Shown here in pieces: positions 18,747 through 27,273 of a DNA stretch of 64,000 nt (positions within the stretch are counted from its first letter, which is position 1; every line of letters starts with the position of its first letter). The notes under the pieces are model-generated. The model was not told the DNA's origin, ran no database searches, and was given only the letters and a program-made list of their open reading frames with translations. The stretch is from Lachnospiraceae bacterium (GTDB taxonomy: Bacteria > Bacillota > Clostridia > Lachnospirales > Lachnospiraceae): the NCBI GenBank assembly GCA_023663945.1, contig JAMPGL010000015.1, forward strand, positions 214-64,213. Direction: 5' to 3'. The translations under genes and the position numbers were made by a program.

Positions 18747-19157
18747 GGTGAATGCGGAAAAACTGAAGAGGAAATTAAAGCGGCAGAACAAATGCTTAAT
18801 GTGAACTTTTCAAATCAGTGCAGAGAGTTTTATGAAAAGTATGGTTACTTATCGTTCTTTGGCACTGAAATATATGGAATTGAGCCATATAGTAATTCCG
18901 GGGTATTGGAAGGAAATTCTGTTGCCTGCGCATTACATGACAGGGAAAAATATAATTTGTCAAGTGAGTGGATACCTATATATAATTTTGAAGATGGAAA
19001 TATGGCATATTTAGATTATTCTACTTTAAATTCAGAAAAAGAACCTAGAATTATAATGGCATTTTATAATGGGGCAGAATATGAAGTCGTTGAGGAATTG
19101 GCGGAAGATTTGGGGGATTTTATTTTGGAGCTGGTACAGGAGGAATTGGAGGAATGA
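18747..19157 (+). CDS. SMI1/KNR4 family immunity protein (probably 5'-truncated)
   Basis: In-frame GECGKTEEEIKAAEQMLNVNFSNQCREFYEKYG.. begins after TAA at 18744; first ATG 18792 lies inside the domain; C-term ELAEDLGDFILE. Confidence 0.8.
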   Translation, partial: GECGKTEEEIKAAEQMLNVNFSNQCREFYEKYGYLSFFGTEIYGIEPYSNSGVLEGNSVACALHDREKYNLSSEWIPIYNFEDGNMAYLDYSTLNSEKEPRIIMAFYNGAEYEVVEELAEDLGDFILELVQEELEE

Positions 19158-19294
19158 AATGAAGGCTCATCAGGGAACGGGCGGATTAATAGGGAAACAT
19201 CGGCAGCTGCAATGGGAAAAATGCATAAAGAAAGATGCTGTAGCAGAGTCTTACTCGGCGTTGATGTTTAGGTGAACTTAGAGAGGAGGAAAGG

Positions 19295-20113
19295 ATGAAA
19301 TATTGGGTAGTAGATGAAAATAATGTGTATATAGAAATAGACGACAGCGCTATTGAGGAGTACATTAATAATGGAGGTGAGATAAAACGAGAAATTGTAG
19401 GGGCAATGGGACAATCACATAGAGAAGAATATTTAAAATATTTGTATCCTGTTTTAAATCATCCACAGTATGATATGCGTTCTGATGCTGCTCTAGGAAT
19501 CTTCAATTTAAATGGGAAGCAGGGGCTGCAGAAACTAATAGAGAGAGAAACCATGATAGATGAATCAGAATTTATGGATATACCAAGTGAAAAAGGTGTA
19601 TTAAGAGCAATGATACTGAGGATTGAGGAAGGAATAGATGGAGTAAAAAAATATTTCTTGTCAGATGATGGGTATGAAATCGTTAAGTATGACATTCCTT
19701 TTTGCTATCGATCAGGATATAATTTTAAAGAAGAAGATGTTGAATTATTATGTTTTATTCTGGAAAACGCAGCTAAAAAGTCTGTTAAATGGATAAAAGA
19801 TTTAGAGAAAGAGGATTATAATGAGCTGATTTATTTTACACTGGAAAGTGTTTGGATGGCTGGCGAAGAAACAGGCATATTGAAAGGATTAAGCGATGAC
19901 TTGTCTGAAAGAATCCTTATAATATTTAAAACGCTTATTGACAAAAGGGTAAATAACGATACTAAGGAGATTATTGCTGAAACAGCAAAATATATGAAAA
20001 GAGATTATGCAATTAGTATTTTACAACTGTTAAAGAATAAAGTTAGCGGGGATGCCAAAAGAGAATACAAAAAAGCCTTAAAATACTGGGGAATTAAGGA
20101 GGAGGAATTGTAG
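19295..20113 (+). CDS. Hypothetical helical protein, putative immunity protein
   Basis: 272 aa, strong RBS GGAGGAAAGG, AT-rich, HEAT-like RSDAALGIF; context-based. Confidence 0.6.
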   Translation: MKYWVVDENNVYIEIDDSAIEEYINNGGEIKREIVGAMGQSHREEYLKYLYPVLNHPQYDMRSDAALGIFNLNGKQGLQKLIERETMIDESEFMDIPSEKGVLRAMILRIEEGIDGVKKYFLSDDGYEIVKYDIPFCYRSGYNFKEEDVELLCFILENAAKKSVKWIKDLEKEDYNELIYFTLESVWMAGEETGILKGLSDDLSERILIIFKTLIDKRVNNDTKEIIAETAKYMKRDYAISILQLLKNKVSGDAKREYKKALKYWGIKEEEL

Positions 20114-20704
20114 ATGAGCATGGAACATAAAGCATATTTGTTTGATTCAATAAGATACCATTCAGACATAGAAAAAATATTAGATAAGTGCTGCAAAGAG
20201 AAAAGCACTATAGAAGCAGAAATGTACATTGACAAGCATTGGAAAGAATTGTATTCGCCCTATACAGGTGAACCCTTGGATGAAGAATGGAAAAAGGAAT
20301 TAACAAGCGGAAACCTACAGGAGTATTTTGATATTCTGCTTACGGCGTGTTATGAATGGGAGAACGATATTGGTCTTGGCTATGCGTGGGATGGAGTTAA
20401 TGAAACTTTAAAACAGATAAACTTCATAAATAATATTGAAAAATGTGTGTTGGGTGAAACACTTGTTTTCCACGGCATAACGATTGATCCGGGGGCAATG
20501 GGATTGGGAATCATAGACGAAAAAGAAGTCAAGTTTATAAAAGAAAAATTAATACAGAATAAGGAAAAAATTGAAAGTGCAGATTTGCCTGAAGATCTTT
20601 TATACGAAATGGAAAAGGAAGAAATAGATGACGCATATGATGATCTGTGTGGAATATACACTCAGGCAGATAAGGAGAAGAAAGGCATTATGTTTACCTT
20701 TTAA
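20114..20704 (+). CDS. Hypothetical acidic protein, putative immunity protein
   Basis: 196 aa directly abutting the upstream stop; RBS GGAGGAGG; context-based. Confidence 0.6.
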   Translation: MSMEHKAYLFDSIRYHSDIEKILDKCCKEKSTIEAEMYIDKHWKELYSPYTGEPLDEEWKKELTSGNLQEYFDILLTACYEWENDIGLGYAWDGVNETLKQINFINNIEKCVLGETLVFHGITIDPGAMGLGIIDEKEVKFIKEKLIQNKEKIESADLPEDLLYEMEKEEIDDAYDDLCGIYTQADKEKKGIMFTF

Positions 20705-20890
20705 AATATGTGGAGAAAGAAGCCCGTTCCTTATAAGGAATGGAAAGTCCATAGGGAAAACAGATGCTTATCAAAGAGCCTTGGACGAACAGAAACAAGA
20801 AATTTTAATACAGACTTTAATATTAAAGGTGGTTATTGATTAGGCCGGGAATGTAATTACAGTATTTCCTAAAAAGCAGGAGTTTTTATC

Positions 20891-21223
20891 ATGAATTTCT
20901 ATATAGGCAATTCAATAAATGAGATTGATGAACAGGATGTTAATGTAGAATTTAGTGATGAGTTACTTGATTTTGTTTACAAGTTAAGCAAATGCGGTTC
21001 ATTCGATATGAGTAAGCTGTATGAGGTTAATCCATATGCTGATATTGAAATTTCTAAAAGTGATTTATCTCAAATAATTGAGGTATGCAATTATATCTTA
21101 GATGCATCGTTACTTCAGAATTATGAAGAACCAGACAAAGGTAATCAAATGTTGAAGGATTTAGTGGAGATTGCTCAAAAAGCACAGTCAAGAGATTTAG
21201 GATTGGTTTCCATAGGAGATTAA
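20891..21223 (+). CDS. Hypothetical acidic protein, putative immunity protein
   Basis: 110 aa, RBS CAGGAG, ends ...LVSIGD; context-based. Confidence 0.6.
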   Translation: MNFYIGNSINEIDEQDVNVEFSDELLDFVYKLSKCGSFDMSKLYEVNPYADIEISKSDLSQIIEVCNYILDASLLQNYEEPDKGNQMLKDLVEIAQKAQSRDLGLVSIGD

Positions 21224-21339
21224 TGCTTTACACAATATAGACAAAGAGTTTCTTGCTTCAGCAGAAAATTTTAAATGAACATACTGTGGTAATAGGACAT
21301 AAAGAATTAATGAATTTATTTGATGATATCAGATTGATA

Positions 21340-21515
21340 ATGCGAGTGCTGGTGGTAGTAGTCCTATTTCGGAAAAGTTAGTTGACGGTTCATCTATGAA
21401 GACAAGTGATGCATTAGATTTGGCAAGTGACTTTTTCAGAGAAGGATATACAGAACCAAAACCAGATAAAATGCAAGTAATTAAAGATACACGCATATAT
21501 TTTGGGGGATTGATC
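21340..21515 (+). pseudogene. Toxin C-terminal remnant fused in frame to the following immunity gene
   Basis: ...SSMKTSDALDLASDFFREGYTEPKP resembles polymorphic toxin C-termini; no own RBS/start context. Confidence 0.4.
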
Positions 21516-21776
21516 ATGAAAATAGAAATAGAAATTGAAGATTATAGTAAGGAAGAAGGAATAAAATTAAAGTGGGAAAGGGGATTTAGCATTAAAGTAG
21601 AGAAAGAAGGTGATAAAGTTTTAATTTTAGCAAATAAAGCAGGGTTAATTTCTTTGGCTAATCATTTACTTACTTTATCACAGGATGAAATATTAGAGGG
21701 AGCGCATATTCATCTTGATGAATATAATTCGTTGGAAGAAAATTCGTTAGATATAATAATTGAAAAAGCAAATTAA
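21516..21776 (+). CDS. Imm32-like immunity protein
   Basis: GIKLKWERGFSIKV, ANKAGLISLANHLLTLSQ, HIHLDEYNSLEE; RBS GGGGG before ATG 21516. Confidence 0.7.
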   Translation: MKIEIEIEDYSKEEGIKLKWERGFSIKVEKEGDKVLILANKAGLISLANHLLTLSQDEILEGAHIHLDEYNSLEENSLDIIIEKAN

Positions 21777-21980
21777 ATGAGTGAGGGATTCGGAGTCAGC
21801 CGAGTTCACAGTCATTGATTGCCTGCATGGCAACATCGAGGGAGCAGGAAAGTACTATGACTGAACCACTGGGAGGTGTTGCTGATGATATGACTGAGGA
21901 TTTAATAGCAAAGCTATTAGAGAATTTATCAAGTGCAACCAACAAGAAAGACCATTGCATACAAAATTAGGAGGCAAGAA

Positions 21981-22334
21981 ATGAGTAACAATTTAGATGA
22001 TTTCGGTGAGATATTTATTAGTGAGGTAAGAGATAATACACTTGAAATGTTTGAAAAAATGTTTGATGGTAGAATGAAAGGACTGACAGCACAAAGCGTT
22101 AGGGATAAAATATCAATATTTGATGAACAAGAGAAAAGTGTTTTATTGTGGCTTCTTTCAAAAACAGTAGATTATTGTATGCATAATATGTTGTTTATGC
22201 TGGAAGAACACGAAGAAGTTGAAATGCTATATGCAGGGGAAAACGTTGTTGAAGAAAGTGATGGATTATCAGGAGAATTATATACAGAAGATGGATGGAT
22301 AGAGAAATACAGTAAGAAAGTGTATGAAGAATAA
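21981..22334 (+). CDS. Putative polymorphic-toxin immunity protein
   Basis: RBS AGGAGG; FGEIFISEVRD...HNMLFMLEE...SDGLSGELYTEDGWIEKYSK, a pattern seen downstream of toxin CTs; family not named. Confidence 0.65.
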   Translation: MSNNLDDFGEIFISEVRDNTLEMFEKMFDGRMKGLTAQSVRDKISIFDEQEKSVLLWLLSKTVDYCMHNMLFMLEEHEEVEMLYAGENVVEESDGLSGELYTEDGWIEKYSKKVYEE

Positions 22335-22463
22335 AGTATTGCAGAGGGTATTTTAGAGTGTTGCTGTCCATAATTTAATATGAACCAAAGAAGATGATAG
22401 TTTAGATAATGTGAAGTGACCTTATATTTGTAGCAATGTGGTCTTGCGTCAAGATTTAGTTCA

Positions 22464-23010
22464 AAATATAATCCAGTAATTGGGAGATTCACACAGGAAG
22501 ATACCTACAGGGGAGACGGGCTGAACCCGTATGCGTACTGTAGGAATAACCCGGTGGTGTATTATGATCCTGACGGACATGCAGGGGCTGGAATCTGCCA
22601 CCACCTGATCAGGCAGAGTATGGTGGAAAGGTAAGTGGTGGTAAAGATAATGTATATACATATGAAAATGGAATTTATGAGAAAACAGATTATCACTCAG
22701 GGCAAACAACAGGAGTAAAAAGTAAAGCTCCAGCGGATGGACAATTTGCTCTTGATAATTCAGTTCCCATTGGAGACAATACAAATCGTAGAGTAGGATT
22801 GGATCGTAATAGTGATTTTATCGTTTTTGATGAAACAACTGTCGGAATATATCATGGACATGTAAGAACTTGGAAAAAAATGATAATGGTTTGAAGGGAT
22901 TGTCACAAGAGATGAAAAATGCGTTGCATAAAGCAGGATATGTTAAAAGTGTCAAGGGAACTAAAGCTAAATTTACAAAGTTCGCTAAGGCATCATTTGG
23001 AGGTAGCTGA
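22464..23010 (+). pseudogene. Orphan Rhs C-terminal cassette 1 (frameshifted twice)
   Basis: Rhs core end YNPVIGRFTQEDTYRGDGLNPYAYCRNNPVVYYDPDGH; -1 shifts near 22598 and in A7 at 22874-22880; toxin part KSKAPADGQFALDNSV..RRVG..YHGHVRTW..QEMKNAL. Confidence 0.85.
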
Positions 23011-23537
23011 TGCAAATTAATTTAAATATTAATGCTGATACAAGTTTACGATTGATAATTTTAAGTGAGAAAGTTGAGAGATTTTCTCCGTGCAGATTAG
23101 AATTAATTAATATTTATTTCAGGGTTAGCTTATGTGAAGAAGATTATCTGTATGTATTTGTTGAAAATATATATAAGAGACTGCAAAATTTACACAGTAT
23201 AGATGAAATACCTGATTTGCAGGGAGTGATTGGAAAATGGCAGGAATATTATTATTATGATAAACAGTTTGTATGTAATCATCAAAAGCAGATATCTTAT
23301 ATGGAGAAAACAACGCTTCTTAGCACAGAACTATATGGATTATTTCTTTATAAATATAAAGGAAAGGTATGGATAGAAATAGATAAAGGATATGAGGAAA
23401 GCGAAATATTTATTACACCAAAGGAGTATTATGATTCATTTAAAAACTACCGTGTAGTGCTGGAATCAGTTTCCGATGATAGAATTTCTGAATGGATGAC
23501 TAAAATAGGCGATATAGTATCATCAGTTGTTTTATAA
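23010..23537 (+). CDS. Putative cognate immunity protein of Rhs cassette 1
   Basis: ATG overlaps the toxin stop (TGATG at 23008-23012); intact 175 aa. Confidence 0.7.
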   Translation: MQINLNINADTSLRLIILSEKVERFSPCRLELINIYFRVSLCEEDYLYVFVENIYKRLQNLHSIDEIPDLQGVIGKWQEYYYYDKQFVCNHQKQISYMEKTTLLSTELYGLFLYKYKGKVWIEIDKGYEESEIFITPKEYYDSFKNYRVVLESVSDDRISEWMTKIGDIVSSVVL

Positions 23538-23542
23538 CAAGC

Positions 23543-24190
23543 ATCACGGGAAGAGATGGAACGGCGGAGAACTGTTATGTTTATGATGCTTTTGGAAATG
23601 CGCTGGAAAAGAAAGAAGATGTCCAGAACCGCATCCTGCATACGGGTCAGCAGTATGATCAGGAGACAGGGCAGTATTACTTGAGGGCAAGATACTATAA
23701 TCCAACGGTTGGGAGATTCATACAGGAAGATACCTACAGGGGAGACGGGCTGAATCTGTATGCGTACTGTGGGAATAACCCGGTGGCATATTATGACCCT
23801 GACGGACATGCCGGGGCTGGAATCTGCCCACCACCTAATCAGGCAGAGCAGGAAAATCAGGTAAGTGCTGGTGAGGGTGGCGGAGCAACAATTAAAAGTT
23901 CTGATTTAGTATTTGGAAGTAGTTCCAAATCGACATAAAAATTAATGAATCAAATGAATAGTAGAGGATGGGCAGAAGATTTAATACGAAACATAGTTGA
24001 TAATCCATATACTACTCGTATTAGTATAAATAAGGCAACAGGAAACTTTGTAACAGTGTTTTATACTCAGCAAGGTTCATATGTTATTGTTGATGATGAT
24101 ATAAAAGCGATAGTGCAAATTAGTGATAATATTAATCCATCGACATGGGCACCAGATTTAAGTATAGTTGACCCATACATACCAGATTGA
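23543..24190 (+). pseudogene. Orphan Rhs C-terminal cassette 2 with colicin E5-like tRNase domain (in-frame stop)
   Basis: YDAFGN..YDQETGQYYLRARYYNPTVGRFIQEDTYRGDGLNLYAYCGNNPVAYYDPDGH; TAA at 23936-23938; then QMNSRGW..SYVIVDD..IVQISD..W. Confidence 0.85.
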
Positions 24191-24200
24191 GGTGAATAAA

Positions 24201-24302
24201 ATGAGAATTACAGAAATAAGTACAGTTATCAAATCTGTTGAATATGCAGGAGAATATATAATTATGGTAAAAACGGAGAAATTACAGTATTATATATTAT
24301 GA
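24201..24302 (+). pseudogene. Truncated putative cognate immunity gene of cassette 2
   Basis: RBS GAGGTG, ATG 24201, only 33 codons (MRITEISTVIKSVEY...). Confidence 0.4.
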
Positions 24303-24350
24303 ATGTTGACACAAGGGGGCGATATTTATAAATAGAAAGGAAGTGTTTGT

Positions 24351-24563
24351 ATGAGCGCAGCAACAAAGGAAGCTATAAATCTTATGGAAATCTTACCAGA
24401 GAGTGATCAAAATTTTGCTCTTGAATTTATTAAAAAACTTGTTCTTGCGTGGGATCCGGATTATACAAAAGTTACACCCGCAGAAAGAAAAGCATTAGAA
24501 GAAGCAGAAAAGGATATTGCAGAAAATGAAACCGTTTTGCATAATGCTATAAATTGGGAATAA
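24351..24563 (+). CDS. Small antitoxin-like protein (no adjacent toxin)
   Basis: 70 aa MSAATKEAINLMEILPESDQNFALEFIKKLVLAWDPDYTKVTPAERKALEEAE; RBS GAAAGG; pattern typical of partners of RelE-type toxins. Confidence 0.6.
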   Translation: MSAATKEAINLMEILPESDQNFALEFIKKLVLAWDPDYTKVTPAERKALEEAEKDIAENETVLHNAINWE

Positions 24564-24626
24564 GGAGACGGCAACTTACACGCGCTAATTCGTACGACGG
24601 AAACAGATACACTAGAAAGGAAAACA

Positions 24627-25579
24627 ATGGTAAAAAAATTGGATATGATAATAAAAGTTGGAACACGTTAGAAAAAGAAAAAGTAATTGATTTAATAGAA
24701 AAATTCAGAGTTACTCCTGTTGTGGAGTCTGATGTTTTTGAAGAATTGGCTGATTATGTTTGGGATTCTGGAACATGTAAGCCACTTTTTTTTGTAGCTA
24801 TACCATATATTATTGAAATTGCGTCAGCAAATATTTTTGAAGTCACTAAGGATTTATGGTGCTATTTAGGAAGCTGGATAGCAACACACGAAAAGTACCG
24901 CGAAGGAATATCAGATGAAGCTTTAGAATGTTTTGATTTAGCATTGGTACATGCTGAAGAAAGATGTATAAATCAAATAGTTTTGGCTGACCGGGTAAGC
25001 GATATAGATGCACAGTATTTATATGCATGTTTATTTGCATTTGCAAAACATAGATTAGGTTATATGACAATGAGTAGTTATAAGGATGATATTGCAGGAA
25101 CATCTATAGCAGTATGTCAAAACGGTCATTTGAATGATGTAACTATATATAATTCTGGAATTGTACCCTATGAGATGGCGGAATGTCCATGCAATGTGCG
25201 GGAAGTCTATATAAAAGATATCACAATAGAAGACAGGAAAGATAATCCTTGGATTTTATTTGAAAAAAGAATTCAACAGGGATTAGCAATTCAAGGCACC
25301 AGTAAAGAGATAGTATCACATTTAAAACTTGCACAAGAAATTATTAGACACGGTGTTACTCCCAAACTTCCAATGGAATATGCTTTTTCACTATATGGCA
25401 GTTTACTGTATTGCAATGGATCGTTTAATGAAGGCATACGTATTTTGCATGGATGGGATGAATTTACATGTTTGGAATGTGGTGAAAAATTTATTTTTGC
25501 TAGTGGCTGGTGTGAGGATATGTACTCTCTGAGTATGGTAATACCTCTGCCTGTATTATACAGGGAGAGTAGATTTTAA
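24627..25579 (+). pseudogene. Hypothetical (putative immunity) protein with probable 5' frameshift
   Basis: RBS GAAAGG + ATG 24627 is out of frame with the long ORF (24554 frame) and stops after 14 codons; long ORF has CQNGH and CLECG motifs. Confidence 0.5.
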
Positions 25580-25597
25580 AAAAGTTGGAGGTTTATA

Positions 25598-25795
25598 ATG
25601 GCATACTTTAATACTGAAAATATTAAAGAACTTATGTTAAGGCATATATCCAAAGACGAATTTTTGGCTATGGAAAATTTAAGCGAAAATGATATGAAAG
25701 AATGCGTATACAAGGAACTGCTTATTATAGTTATGACACGCGGGAAGGTGGATTATGCAGAATGGAGAAATTCGTGCTGTCTATACACAGGATAG
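25598..25795 (+). pseudogene. Gene fragment (putative immunity N-terminus)
   Basis: RBS GGAGG, 65 aa, runs into the DUF4291 fragment. Confidence 0.35.
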
Positions 25796-26030
25796 TATAA
25801 GAGTATATCAGGCGTATTCAGATTTTATTGCAGATGATGCTGTTAAGAATGGCAGATTTGGCACGGGATTTAAAATGGAAAGGATGACATGGATTAAACC
25901 TTCGTTCTTATGGATGATATATCGGTGCGGATGGGCTGAGAAAAAGGCAGAAATAAAGAAAAATATTTCAATCAAAAACGGCAAGGCTGTTGCAAATATT
26001 ATTGGAAAGGATGAAGTAATATGGCTGTAG
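25755..26030 (+). pseudogene. Truncated DUF4291 protein fused to an unrelated tail
   Basis: EIRAVYTQDSIRVYQAYS..IA..A..RMTWIKPSFLWMIYRCGWAEK is the DUF4291 N-terminus; rest absent. Confidence 0.75.
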
Positions 26031-26173
26031 CATTGAAAGAAGATTACCAAAGAGCTTTGGACGAACAGAAACAAGAAGTCCGAGAGCTTGTTATGGCTGG
26101 CTTGGAACAAATAAAAGAGGGGAAGACGAAAGACTTTAATACTGTATGTAACAGATTGGATGCCAAATGGTGA
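26021..26173 (+). CDS. 50-aa antitoxin-like peptide (not in ORF track)
   Basis: MAVALKEDYQRALDEQKQEVRELVMAGLEQIKEGKTKDFNTVCNRLDAKW; RBS GAAAGG; 30-bp near-copy of part of it at 20772-20801. Confidence 0.45.
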   Translation: MAVALKEDYQRALDEQKQEVRELVMAGLEQIKEGKTKDFNTVCNRLDAKW

Positions 26174-26210
26174 CCTTGTAACAAAATTGAGGGTGGCTCA
26201 GGAAGCAAAT

Positions 26211-26532
26211 CAGGGCAGTATTATTTAAGGGCAAGATACTATAATCTAACGGTTGGGCGATTCACACAGGAAGATACCTACAGGGGGACGGGCTGAACCT
26301 GTATACGCACTGTGAGAATAACACGGTGGCGTATTATGATCCTAGTGGATATAATGGGATTGGAACTTGTCCCCCGCCTAATTAAGTGGGCTATGAAAGT
26401 GATAAGGAAATCAGTGTACCTAAAGAATATGTCAGAGCAAATGTTCGACGCGGCTGAAGTCTTCAGAATATGCGAAATGATTACTATGTCGAGCTGACAA
26501 GTTATCTTTACAAATTATTAGATAAGGGGTAA
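26211..26532 (+). pseudogene. Orphan Rhs C-terminal cassette 3 (degenerate, internally deleted)
   Basis: GQYYLRARYYNLTVGRFTQEDTYR, frameshift, LNLYTHCENNTVAYYDPSG..CPPPN*; short tail ..DYYVELTSYLYKLLDKG*. Confidence 0.8.
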
Positions 26533-26535
26533 ATT

Positions 26536-27048
26536 ATGATAAAAAAAATAATAGAAGAAATAAAAAATAAATCAAATTGCAGGGTTTTGCCAAGTACAAC
26601 AGTACCTGCTGATATATTTGACATATTACCTAGCGACATAAAAGAATTTTATACTTTATGTGGTGGAGTTATTTTATTTGAAGATATGCCATATTCAGTA
26701 AGAATAGTACCTCCGGAAGAGTTTGTATTGGCAAATCCAGTCATATTAGGAGAAGAAATTATCAATTCTGAAATCGCAAAAGGAAATTATGAAAATGAAA
26801 TTTCTAGAGAGTGGTATATCATTGCCGATTTGTATAATTCAGACTATATAGTAATTGATATGAATGAGAAAAGAAAAGGAAAATGCTATAAGGCATTTTG
26901 GGATAGCTATCCAGACGAAGGGGATACTTCAACTATTTCATTATCATTTACTGAACTGTTAGAAAAATTATCACAAAATGATGGTGAGCATTGGTTTTTT
27001 CTGAAAAAGGATTTTAAGTCTTATGGTGATGCTTACGATGAAACATAG
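26536..27048 (+). CDS. SMI1/KNR4 family immunity protein
   Basis: LPSDIKEFYTLCGG..LF, WYIIAD..SDYIVID, SFTELLEKL. Confidence 0.85.
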   Translation: MIKKIIEEIKNKSNCRVLPSTTVPADIFDILPSDIKEFYTLCGGVILFEDMPYSVRIVPPEEFVLANPVILGEEIINSEIAKGNYENEISREWYIIADLYNSDYIVIDMNEKRKGKCYKAFWDSYPDEGDTSTISLSFTELLEKLSQNDGEHWFFLKKDFKSYGDAYDET

Positions 27049-27273
27049 GCATATACAGTATCAAATGTCATAGTTTCTCTAATTTTCTAACCAATCTAAA
27101 AGTTACTTCATGGGCTGAACTGTTACTGAATTTTTGATTTTTTTGCAAGAACCACTTGCATTTTCATCTCATTAGTGTTAGACTAAACTTAACTATCAGG
27201 AAATTTGCAGTGATATGTTGTATATCAGGCGTTAGAACACGGATGTTCAAATTTATTCAAAGGAGTGATGACA

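Noticed and set aside
21857-21970. 37-aa ORF as another toxin C-terminal remnant
   Set aside because: Position fits but no recognisable motif or Rhs core
24554-24626. TTG start of the 341-aa ORF
   Set aside because: Overlaps the previous gene's end, lacks an RBS; probably junction scrap
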